From Octopus vulgaris (taxonomy: Eukaryota), in NCBI GenBank assembly GCA_951406725.2, contig OX597814.1, positions 135,408,001 to 135,472,000 on the forward strand: a DNA stretch of 64,000 nt. Reading direction: 5' to 3'. Of this stretch, positions 11,555 to 22,801 are shown in pieces. The first letter of the stretch is position 1. Each line of letters opens with the position of its first letter. The notes under the pieces were generated by a model that was given only the letters and a program-made list of their open reading frames with translations, had not been told where the DNA came from and did no database searches. Both the position numbers and the translations under genes were made by a program.

Positions 11555-13371
11555 GCACAACAGCTTCCACAAGGACATGTGTTACATCAAAAATTCTTGG
11601 TTGGGGATGCAAATCCTCTCATTCGCGTACGACATAATGCGGCAGCAGCATAGAATTGAAGCGTCCATCTCTTTCTTCTCTCAATGTAGAATGAGGAAAT
11701 TTGGATGTTGAAGTAATGTAAATAAATAAATACATATATAGACGTGAAGATGGAGGGGCGAGAATTCAGGACAAGGGATAAAAAATGTATAAAAAGTGTA
11801 AGTATAGAAAAATATAAAAATGTAGAGCATAAAGATGTAAAGAGATATAAGGAGATGTAAAGGGGGTATAAAGAATATAAAGAAATATAAATAAATGTAA
11901 AGGCATAAGGTTATAAAGTAAAAATAGAAATAGAAATAAAAGTAAAAAGTAAAAAAATAAAGATAGGAATAAACATGATAAAAATGTAAAAAAATATAAA
12001 GATAAGGGATGTATAGAGGTTACGGACCAAACATGGTGGTCAGGAGATTGATAAAATTTAGTTGTAGAAGTTTTGGGTGTCAATAAATCAACAGTTTCGT
12101 CTGGGGACCTAATGTGTTGTAAATCAGAGCTGTTGAGCGTTTAATCTGGTTCTTTGAATTAATTGGTCATCTAGTACATACATACCATCATGGATACATA
12201 CACCCATATACACGCGTACATATACGCCTCCAAGCCTATAAGCATACACACGCACTCGCGTGTTACACACGCACTCGCGTGTAAACATGTACATAAACAC
12301 ACACACACCCACACGCACGCGCGTACATATACATACATACAACAGAATATCCGCATGTATACACGGACACTATACGTGTACACACCCATATGTACATACG
12401 TGCGCCCATCCCTACATACACATACGCATATGCCCACGCTTCCAGGTTTAGATATAAGATATTAAAGGATGTATATAAGAACGTATGTAAAGAATCACGC
12501 ACTCACGTCTACACGTGCACGCACACACGGCTGTGTGTCCATATGTGCGTGCACATATACACTTACATACACACACAGAGACATACGCGCATATGGGTAT
12601 AGCTATAAGATATTAAAAGATGTATACAAATAGGTGTAAACATATGAATATAAGAAAACATGTAAAAAAAGAAATACGGGGTATGTACATCCAGACGTAG
12701 ATGTTTACTCGTACATATGTACATATATGTATACGTATACATACGTACACGGACGCTCGTATAATCATAAGGTGGATCCATAGGTAAGTAAATAAGGGAT
12801 AAGCAAAAAAATAGACATATATAGAGATGTAAAGCGATAAGTTAGGGGTAAGAATGAGGGTAAGGGTAAAAATTAGAAATAAAAGTAAGAAATACAGTAT
12901 AAAATAAGAAATACAATGTAATAGTTAGAAATGAAATATAAAAATTATAAAAGTTAAGGTAAGGGATGAAAATAAAAATGAGAATAAATGGAAGTAGAAT
13001 AAAAGTAAAAATAACAGTCAAAATAAAAATAAAAAAAATAAGATAAAAATATAATTTGGTAAAGTTTAACATGAGATGAAGGTGGTTGAAAGTTAGAGGT
13101 GTGTGTTAAAGGTGCCCACGTAGGGGCGGGCGGGGGGGAACTGAAAATTGGAAGGGTGGGAAGTGGAGTTTGGCGGTGTGCGTTCAACATCCGAGTTAGA
13201 AATGTGAAAGGGTATAGATATAGGGAAATAAAGAGATTATATAGGAAGGATATGGGTGTAGGAGAAGAAATATGTAGGGAAAAGAAGTCATATATGGGAG
13301 ACAAAATTTGTATATATAGGAGGAAAATGCAGGGAAACATATATGCACATACACACACACACACACACACG

Positions 13372-13409
<38 letters not shown>

Positions 13410-13545
13410 CGTACACATATGTGCACATACATATATATACGCACACATATACGCATATACACGCACATATAGGAAAGCGGGATGTGCTGGAGCCGACAGG
13501 TTGCACCGGGTGGGAGGAAATTGCATGGGGGAGTTGGTATAAAAC

Positions 13546-14456
13546 CTAAGCTTTGTAGTATTTGAAAGTATTAATAAGTTTGTGTATACAGGATGGTTTG
13601 AACTCTGACCTTTTGTTAATAAGATTGTGTTTGTCTTTGAATTTCAAGATGTTCAGGAGTTCTACACAACATAGTTGGCATCCTGCTCTATTATTTAAAT
13701 AAGGTGCAGCTGATCCGATGATGGACCACCTGAGTTTGAAGCCTATGCATTTGTCTTTTAATTCCCAAATTCTTTTAGAAAGGGAGGTGCTGTTAGCCTT
13801 ATGTCTGTGTTTCAGCGAGGACCGGTGGTTGTAGTATCTGGATTTCCAGGAGGTTCAGCAACCTATGTAGGTGAGTGTGTTAAACTGGGTACTCACCTCA
13901 CATGAATATATTACGTTTTTCGCCCTACATGCGCCCTGCAGCGGGCACTCTGATGCACATCTGCAGTTGCATTGCATTGCATTATTCGGTCGTGTGCTGC
14001 TAATCCCAGGCGGAGGTGTTGCAATACGAGTGGGGGCGTTGATATCCTCCTGGTTGTTGATGAGTGTAGTATTTCCTCTGTTGTGTTGGCGGGTGTTATT
14101 ACTAACTGTTTGGGTAGTATGGCTGCCAGTCTGGTTATATTGTCTACTATCTAGGTGAGGGGGGTTCTGTTGGTCGCTATAGTTTGCTCTTGATCTAGCT
14201 GTTCTAATATTAATATAGTTATGTTTAGCTATGAGGCAGCTCATGTTGGGCAGGGTAGAGTAGGAAATCCTAATGGTTTTGTTGGAGAAGATACTTCTGT
14301 ACTTGTGGGTGGGTGGGAAGTTGTTGGAAATGATAGAGAATATTCTCTTACATAACTTACCCCTAACTGCTAAGTTGTAAGGTATGTTGAACCATATATA
14401 TTTGCGTAATCTACTATTATCCCTTCTATTTCTCCTAATAGGATCTATATTGCTCT
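13546..14456 (-). pseudogene. PLE ORF C-terminal fragment: post-RT linker, CxC Cys cluster and GIY-YIG endonuclease, with one in-frame TGA at 13855-13857
   Basis: RKYIWFNIPYNLAVRGKLCKRIFSIISNNFPPTHKYRSIFSNKTIRISYSTLPNM...CNCRCASECPLQGACRAKNVIYSCEVSTQFNTLTYIGC*TSWKSRYYNHRSS...STSLSKRIWELK...LRWSII...CQLCCVELLNI...LINKRSEFKPSCIHK...YYKA*. VIY...YIG is the GIY-YIG motif, followed by the catalytic R. The last ~69 codons are duplicated at 14457-14664 (+). Confidence 0.85.
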
Positions 14457-14800
14457 CAAATGCATAGGCTTCAAACTCAGGTGGTCCATCATCGGATCAA
14501 CTGCACCTTATTTAAATAATAGAGCAGGATGCCAACTATGTTGTGTAGAACTCCTGAACATCTTGAAATTCAAAGACAAACACAATCTTATTAACAAAAG
14601 GTCAGAGTTCAAACCATCCTGTATACACAAACTTATTAATACTTTCAAATACTACAAAGCTTAGGTTTTATACCAACTCCCCCATGCAATTTCCTCCCAC
14701 CCGGTGCAACCTGTCGGCTCCAGCACATCCCGCTTTCCTATATGTGCGTGTATATGCGTATGTGTGTGCGTATATATATGTATGTGCACATATGTGTACG

Positions 14801-14846
<46 letters not shown>

Positions 14847-16664
14847 AGTGTGTGTGTGTGTGTGTGTATGTGCATATATGTTTCCCTGCATTTTCCTCCT
14901 ATATATACAAATTTTGTCTCCCATATATGACTTCTTTTCCCTACATATTTCTTCTCCTACACCCATATCCTTCCTATATAATCTCTTTATTTCCCTATAT
15001 CTATACCCTTTCACATTTCTAACTCGGATGTTGAACGCACACCGCCAAACTCCACTTCCCACCCTTCCAATTTTCAGTTCCCCCCGCCCGCCCCTACGTG
15101 GGCACCTTTAACACACACCTCTAACTTTCAACCACCTTCATCTCATGTTAAACTTTACCAAATTATATTTTTATCTTATTTTATTTTATTTTTATTTTTA
15201 CTTTTATTTTTACTTTTATTCTACTTCCATTTATTCTCATTTTTATTTTCATCCCTTACCTTAACTTTTATAATTTTTATATTTCATTTCTAACTATTAC
15301 ATTGTATTTCTTATTTTATACTGTATTTCTTACTTTTATTTCTAATTTTTACCCTTACCCTCATTCTTACCCCTAACTTATCGCTTTACATCTCTATATA
15401 TGTCTATTTTTTTTGCTTATCCCTTATTTACTTACCTATGGATCCACCTTATGATTATACGAGCGTCCGTGTACGTATGTATACGTATACATATATGTAC
15501 ATATGTACGAGTAAACATCTACGTCTGGATGTACATACCCCGTATTTCTTTTTTTACATGTTTTCTTATATTCATATGTTTACACCTATTTGTATACATC
15601 TTTTAATATCTTATAGCTATACCCATATGCGCGTATGTCTCTGTGTGTGTATGTAAGTGTATATGTGCACGCACATATGGACACACAGCCGTGTGTGCGT
15701 GCACGTGTAGACGTGAGTGCGTGATTCTTTACATACGTTCTTATATACATCCTTTAATATCTTATATCTAAACCTGGAAGCGTGGGCATATGCGTATGTG
15801 TATGTAGGGATGGGCGCACGTATGTACATATGGGTGTGTACACGTATAGTGTCCGTGTATACATGCGGATATTCTGTTGTATGTATGTATATGTACGCGC
15901 GTGCGTGTGGGTGTGTGTGTGTTTATGTACATGTTTACACGCGAGTGTGTGTGTAACACGCGAGTGCGTGTGTATGCTTATAGGCTTGGAGGCGTATATG
16001 TACGCGTGTATATGGGTGTATGTATCCATGATGGTATGTATGTACTAGATGACCAATTAATTCAAAGAACCAGATTAAACGCTCAACAGCTCTGATTTAC
16101 AACACATTAGGTCCCCAGACGAAACTGTTGATTTATTGACACCCAAAACTTCTACAACTAAATTTTATCAATCTCCTGACCACCATGTTTGGTCCGTAAC
16201 CTCTATACATCCCTTATCTTTATATTTTTTTACATTTTTATCATGTTTATTCCTATCTTTATTTTTTTACTTTTTACTTTTATTTCTATTTCTATTTTTA
16301 CTTTATAACCTTATGCCTTTACATTTATTTATATTTCTTTATATTCTTTATACCGCCTTTACATCTCCTTATATCTCTTTACATCTTTATGCTCTACATT
16401 TTTATATTTTTCTATACTTACACTTTTTATACATTTTTTATCCCTTGTCCTGAATTCTCGCCCCTCCATCTTCACGTCTATATATGTATTTATTTATTTA
16501 CATTACTTCAACATCCAAATTTCCTCATTCTACATTGAGAGAAGAAAGAGATGGACGCTTCAATTCTATGCTGCTGCCGCATTATGTCGTACGCGAATGA
16601 GAGGATTTGCATCCCCAACCAAGAATTTTTGATGTAACACATGTCCTTGTGGAAGCTGTTGTGC

Positions 16665-16742
16665 GCGGCTGAAGAAGGCCACAGACATACATTATGCATT
16701 GTTATAAATCTGTCTAATAAAGGCCCGAAACATATGTACCGC
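16665..16742 (+). ncRNA. Type-I hammerhead ribozyme in PLE pseudo-LTR (right arm)
   Basis: gcgg CTGAAGA a ggcc [acaga...tctgt ctaataaa] ggcc c GAAA catatg TA ccgc. Stem I gcgg/ccgc, stem II ggcc/ggcc, palindromic stem III ACATATGT, predicted cleavage after A16738. Confidence 0.8.
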
Positions 16743-17207
16743 TGAATCCTTCGCATCATGTTTTTATTTTGATCAATTTACTCCACCACCTACACCACCA
16801 AACGGTATACACAGGTGCTTATAATTATCAAGTACTCACCCCGAATTTCTATATATATATATATATATCCATATATATATATCCAACCTGCAATATTTTC
16901 CTGCATCAAAACTGATCACAGCCAACAAAAACTTGCCACACCCTACACACATATACAGCCATGTGTAAAAAGCTTTACTGGTCACTGTACACCCTTTAGG
17001 TAGGGTACCCCATGATTTATATACGCAACATAAAGAAAATAGCACAACAAAAACAACAAAACTTTGTACATATTACAAAGGTCTCGTCTTCTGTCACATA
17101 GGAGGGCTATGTGTATAATATCAAATAAGTATTTATGCGTGTGCATGTGTGCATGTATGTAGGTTTGTATGTATGTTTTTGTATATATGTTTATGTATGC
17201 ATATACA

Positions 17208-17243
<36 letters not shown>

Positions 17244-17275
17244 TGTATATATATGCATGTATATATATATATATA

Positions 17276-18139
17276 TGAGGGGATACTCAAAAGTAACTGG
17301 AAACATTCTCTGAGGGACAACGCCATTGTAGTTCAAGCTTCCACCACTAAAAGCCACTTGATACAACCCTCAGGCATCAGTCTGACAACAGGCATCACCG
17401 TGTGAAGTTGAACAGCCACATGGTGTGTCTTTGCTTTGCAATTGCTGAAACAAAGCAATAGCGTGCTTCCATGAAATTCTGTTTTCTGCTGAGGAAAACA
17501 GTGACCGAAACAGTTGACTGGCTTCAAACCGCTTACAAGAATACTGCTATGAGCAAAACATGAATTTATGAATGGTTTTCACATTTTATGAATAGTCACT
17601 TGTTCAGGACAACCGTCGACCTCCTGAACAAATGAAAACATCATGAAAATTCATGAACCGATCTTGGAGGACCGCTGTTGAATAATTGACAAGCTCGTTG
17701 ATTTGATTGGTGTGTCCTGGAGCTCCTACCAACAAATTTTGAATGAAGAACTGCATATGAAAAGATTTGCAGCCAAATTTGTGCCTCACTTGCTGATGGA
17801 AGATCAAAAGCAGTGACATCTGAATGCATGTCACGAACTGAAAGAACAGCTAGAAGTTGATCTGAACCTTTTTTTTTTTGAAGGTCATCAACTGGTGATG
17901 AAAGCTGGTGATACGGAATTTGCAGGAGAGGAAGAGGTGAGGGGGAAAAAATGACGGAAGTGATAAAAAGCATCATTTTGCAAAGAGTTGCAGCATTGCT
18001 TCCAACAGAGAAGAATGCATCTGCATCGATGCATTGCTTCAAATGGAGAATATTTTGAAAGCGATAAGAGTGAAAACATGTAAAATTAAGTGAATGAAAT
18101 AATATTCCAAAATTCCAGTTTCTTTTGGATACCCCCTCA
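17276..18139 (+). mobile_element. Decayed, internally deleted mariner element
   Basis: TIRs tgaggggatactcaaaagtaactggaa / ttccagtttcttttggataccccctca, flanked by TA. Remnants KFCFLLRKT, IYEWF, AAKFVPHLL, TGDESW. Confidence 0.85.
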
Positions 18140-18394
18140 TATATGTGTGTGTATGTATACACACACATACAGACACACACACACATATTTATATATCATC
18201 CAATGTTCTGTAATTGGTGAGATCAGCAAAATAAAGACTCTGTTCAGATTAAATTCAAGCTATAACGACTTTCCTGTTGTTTACAGCACAATAATCTGAC
18301 AAGCTTGTATAGCATGTCGTGGGTTTCCAAGCTATCATCCAGGTTTTTAACAGCGTGAAACTAATTACAGATTGAATATAAATCCTGTGTATAG

Positions 18395-18610
18395 TGGTTT
18401 CAAATTTTGGCACAAGGCCAGCAACTTTAGGAGAGGGATAAGTCAATCATATTGACCCCCTAGCATTCAACTGGTACTTTTTTTATCAACCCCAGAAGGA
18501 TGAAAGGCAAAGTTGACCTCAGTGAAATTTGAACTCAGAACCTAAAGACAGACAAAATGCTGCTGAGCATTTTGCCCAGCGTGCTAACAATTCTGCCAAC
18601 TGACCACTTC
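18395..18610 (-). mobile_element. SINE-like dispersed repeat (family also at 32150-32290, 34775-34990, 44500-45365)
   Basis: Shared core caactggtact...ttatc-acccc...aggatgaaaggcaaagttgacctc-g...aatttgaactcagaa. Confidence 0.7.
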
Positions 18611-18865
18611 AAAAATCCTGTATGCACACACACACACACACACACACAAACTCACACACACACGCTCACACACATACATACATATATATACACATATATA
18701 TACATATATATGTATGTATATAAGTATGTGTGTATGTATTTGTGTGTATGTCTATGTATGTGTATCCTGTGTTTGTGGAGATACGTCTCCCTACTGTATA
18801 CACTTGAACAAATGAGATATTTATATATGTATGTTTATATGTATGTATATATATATATATATGTA

Positions 18866-20550
18866 TTGTGAAGACCTGTTGAGGCAGAGGCAAGTGTGTG
18901 ACACTTGTGGAGACCTGTTGAGGCAAGTGTGTGACACGTGTGACACGTGTGACACTTGTGAAGACCTGTTGAGGCAAGTGAAAATCAAAATCAAACCAAA
19001 TCAAAATAGATGAACATCAATGGAATTTGTATCTTTGTGGTTCCAGTACCGGTGGCACACAAGAAAACCATCCGAACGTGGCCGTAGCCAGTACCGCATT
19101 GACTGGCCTCCGTGCTGTGGGCACAACAAACACCATCTGATCGTGGTCGTTCGCCAGCCTCATCTGGCACCTGTGTCGGTGGCACATAAAAACACCATCC
19201 GAAGACCCGGCGACGTAGTCAGTCCACCTGTGCATACCTTCCTTCTTATGACACTTGTGAAGACCTGTTGAGGCAAGTGTGTGACACTTGTGTAGACCTG
19301 TTGAGGCAAGTGAAAATCAAAAATCAAAATAAAATCAAATCAAATCAAACCAAATCAAAATAGATGAACATCAATGGAATTTGTATCTTTGTGGTACCAG
19401 TACCGGTGGCACACAAGAAAACCATCCGAACGTGGCCGTAGCCAGTACCGCATCGACTGGCCTCTGTGATGTGGGCACATAACAAACACCATCTGATCGT
19501 GGCCGTTCGCCAGCCTCATCTGGCACCTGTGTCGGTGGCACATAAAAACACCAACCGAAGACCCGGCAAGACTAGTCAGGCCATAACCCGGGGCCCCTAC
19601 CTGGGACGTAGTCAGTCCACCTGTGCATACCTTCCTTCCTTCTTGTGACACTTGTGAAGACCTGTGAAGACCTGTTGAGGCAAGTGAAAATCAAATCAAA
19701 TCAAATCAAAATAAATCAAAATAGATGAACATCAATGGAATTTGTATCTTTGTGGTACCAGTGCCGGTGGCACACAAGAAAACCATCCGAACGTGGCCGT
19801 AGCCAGTACCGCATCGACTGGCCTCTGTGATGTGGGCACGTAACAAACACCATCCGATCGTGGCCGTTCGCCAGCCTCATCTGGCACCTGTGTCGGTGGC
19901 ACATAAAAACACCATCCGAAGACCCGGCAAGACTAGTCAGGCCATAACCCGTGGCCCCTACCTGGGACGTAGTCAGTCCACCTGTGCATACCTTCCTTCT
20001 TGTGACACTGAAGACCTGTGAAGACCTGTTGAGGCAAGTGAAAATCAAAACAAATCAAAATAGATGAACATCAATGGAATTTGTATCTTTGTGGTACCAG
20101 TACCGGTGGCACACAAGAAAACCATCCGAACGTGGCCGTAGCCAGTACCGCATCGACTGGCCTCTGTGATGTGGGCACGTAACAAACACCATCCGATCGT
20201 GGCCGTCCGCCAGCCTCATCTGGCACCTGTGTCGGTGGCACATAAAAACACCATCCGAGCGTGGCCGTCTGCCAGCCTCGTCTGGCACCTGTGTCGGTGG
20301 CACATAAAAACACCATCCGAGCGTGGCTGTTCGCCAGCCTCGTCTGGCACCTGTGTCGGTGGCACATAAAATCACCCACTACACTCTCGGAGTGGTTGGC
20401 GTTAGGAAGGGCATCCAGCTGTAGAAACACTGCCAGATCTGACTGGCCTGGTGCAGCCTTCGGGCGCCCCAGACCCCAGTTGAACCGTCCAACCCATGCT
20501 AGCATGGAAAACGGACGCTAAATGATGATGATCATGATCATGATCATGAT
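18866..20550 (+). mobile_element. Composite retroposon: four ~300-370 bp tandem units, ~61 bp subrepeats, SINE 3' end and (ATG)n tail
   Basis: The unit start gaagacctgttgaggcaagtgaaaatcaaa...tagatgaacatcaatggaatttgtatc is repeated 4 times. It ends in the common SINE tail. A second copy is inverted at 52757-54311. Confidence 0.85.
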
Positions 20551-21079
20551 CTATAAATAATTACATATTTTGCACTCCATAGTCATCTTGTCTTTATTCA
20601 GATAAAGTATATGCTTTATTACATTACCCAATATGTCCTTCCATTTCTGAAATGGTAGAGTATGATATGAAGGAAATGGTTGCTATTTCTCATAGGTGTC
20701 ATAGTCACATAGAGTCTATCTCATTGGTTTATGTATAACTAAATATTTTATTTTGTAATGATGAATTCAAATCCTAATTATAGCACACAAGTCTGTCATA
20801 ATTTAGATTTACTAAACAAAGATTTTAAAGTGCTTCAGTGACTCCATATGTTATGGAGTTCAAAAGAACAAAACTGATTTAAACTTCACTACTTAACTAT
20901 GATATTTATGATTATGATGACTAACTATGAAATCTTATGAAAATATGTTAAAGGAGAATAATATGTATTGCTCAACAGAATTTACTTATAACACATCCTT
21001 ATTTGAAATTTTGGAAGAGACTGCACATATTTTTTATTGGGAGTCTTGATAGCTCTTCTGGGTCCTTTTCTATTTCTAG

Positions 21080-21190
21080 GCCCATGTCCTGAAGACAGGA
21101 AAGGAAGTACACCTGAGGGAGATATTGATGTTGCATTTGACCGTTACTCACAGCAAATCACTGATTTAGAAAATGGTAATAATTCTTGTG
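21080..21190 (+). CDS. RPH3A: Rabphilin/DOC2-like gene, linker exon upstream of C2A
   Basis: ttttctatttctag acceptor, G|gtaagt donor, phase 1-1. Open frame PCPEDRKGSTPEGDIDVAFDRYSQQITDLENGNNSC joins in frame to 25184. No domain motif of its own. Confidence 0.75.
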
Positions 21191-22749
21191 GTAAGTCATC
21201 AAGAAAGTGTATATATAATGTCAATGCATATTCTACCTTTACACCTACAATAACAACAACAGTGAGTATAATTCTTACTTGTCCACTATCGTTATTATCA
21301 TAATAACAATAATTGACACTTATATTCACAAATTCACATTAATATTTTTCACATGATTTTTCTCTTTTGTGCTCTGAATTCATATTAAACCTACACTAAT
21401 ATGTCTTCTTTTTTTTTAATCATCAGTCTCATAGTATCTCGTGTTTTAGGATTCTATTCTAGAGCTCTCTTATAGATTTTCTTACTTCTGTTAGGAAATC
21501 TTAAAATAAAGACAAGATTAACAGAAATAGGTGCAGCATTAGAATGAGACAAACACATAGTTTATTTTTAATTGAATAATTTGGTCGTTCAACTTGAAAT
21601 CCTTCAAGCAGAAGTCCCTGATAACTTGGCTTGGGTCATTTTGCACCCAGCTGCACAGGAAGAATAAATTTTAAAATTTTCTATTTTATTGACTATCACA
21701 GTCTTCAGGGTGTTTTTGGCATTACATGTGAGTTATTTATGTAATAGTTAAGTTATACATTTTGCACTTTATTGTGTTTTGTTATGACCCCCTCATCCAT
21801 GGAAAAATGCTCTTGCATGAAACTGGTCCATAGTGCAAAAATGATTGGAGACCACTGATTTAGGGAACAGTGAGTAAGGAAACTTTTGTTTTAGTTCTCC
21901 ATATAAGAACTAGAAGTATATCTTTCAGCCATTAAATGACTCTTTGAGCTGTCATTCACACACTGAATGCTGAGATGCATTGCAACTCTATAAATTGGTT
22001 TAGCTTTGGAAATAGATTCAATTCAGTATGATTGATTGTCATTGTATACAAATATAACAACAATAATAACAAACGTAATGGAAAATAAATTATAGATCAA
22101 GTTACAATAACAACAATCTATTGTAAACCAACAACAATAACATAGAACAGCATACATTCAACATGACAGTAATTACTATATCAATATAACAACAACATAA
22201 TTATATTAGCAAATATAAGCAGAAACACTTATCTATATTCCTAATAATCCCATTTCCTATCAGTGGTAGAAAGCTTCTTGTCTAGTTCTGTTTGTGTTAA
22301 CTATTAGATTGCACAAAGATGAACATGTGTTTAGATAGTCTCTAATGTCTGAGATGAATCTGAATGCTCATTACAGAAGTAGCTAATTAACTGCTATTTG
22401 CATATACAGGTATACCAAGTGTATATTTATTTAATAACTATACATTAGGCTTTCTGTTTATTCTTGTAAATTTTCAAGTATAAATATAATATTCAATCCA
22501 GATATCTGCTTCTTCAGTTCTGTTTATTATTTATTTTATTTTATTTTGTAACTTGTGAATAATAATGTTACAATGTTACAGCTTTCCAATGAGCCAGTCT
22601 CTAGTTTTCTGCATTCCTAATGGTGAAAGACACAAGGGAACATCTGAAGATTTTTTGAAAAGCATCTGTTTTTCTCTTTTGTATTCTTCACTGGTATATG
22701 GCAGAAGATATAAACATTAATACTTATATATGTGTGAGTGTGAATGTAT

Positions 22750-22801
<52 letters not shown>

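Larger units (their letters stand above)
11442..16777. mobile_element. 5'-truncated Penelope-like retroelement with inverted duplicate: 2.3 kb arms (11442-13753, 14457-16777) around a 703 bp spacer
   Basis: Arms are near-identical reverse complements, and the ORF track is mirrored. The spacer plus inner arm encode a GIY-YIG endonuclease C-terminus. There is an HHR near each outer end, and the left end abuts a long (TA)n. Confidence 0.9.

Noticed and set aside
16045-16100. SECIS candidate (ATGA, 11 nt, AAA) downstream of the PLE ORF
   Set aside because: No complementary 3' helix or GA quartet partner follows.
16083-16131. Hairpin tcaacag...CTGA...GAAActgttga as a type-III hammerhead
   Set aside because: Lacks the CUGANGA core, the U16.1 pair and stem I.
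11442-16777. Assembly fold-back chimera as the explanation for the palindrome
   Set aside because: The arms differ at several substitutions, the spacer is unique coding sequence continuous with one arm, and the layout matches PLE biology. Only spanning reads would exclude it fully.
18866-20380. CRISPR array or retrozyme array; cCTGTTGAggcaagtGAAA as a hammerhead core
   Set aside because: Units are near-identical with no unique spacers, the context is eukaryotic and there are no cas genes. The HHR-like string has no stem II or stem I pairing and folds better as the cacttg/caagtg hairpin.
19017-20521. Repeated 60-144 aa ORFs in the composite element
   Set aside because: By-products of a GC-rich tandem repeat, open in several frames on both strands, with no domain motifs.
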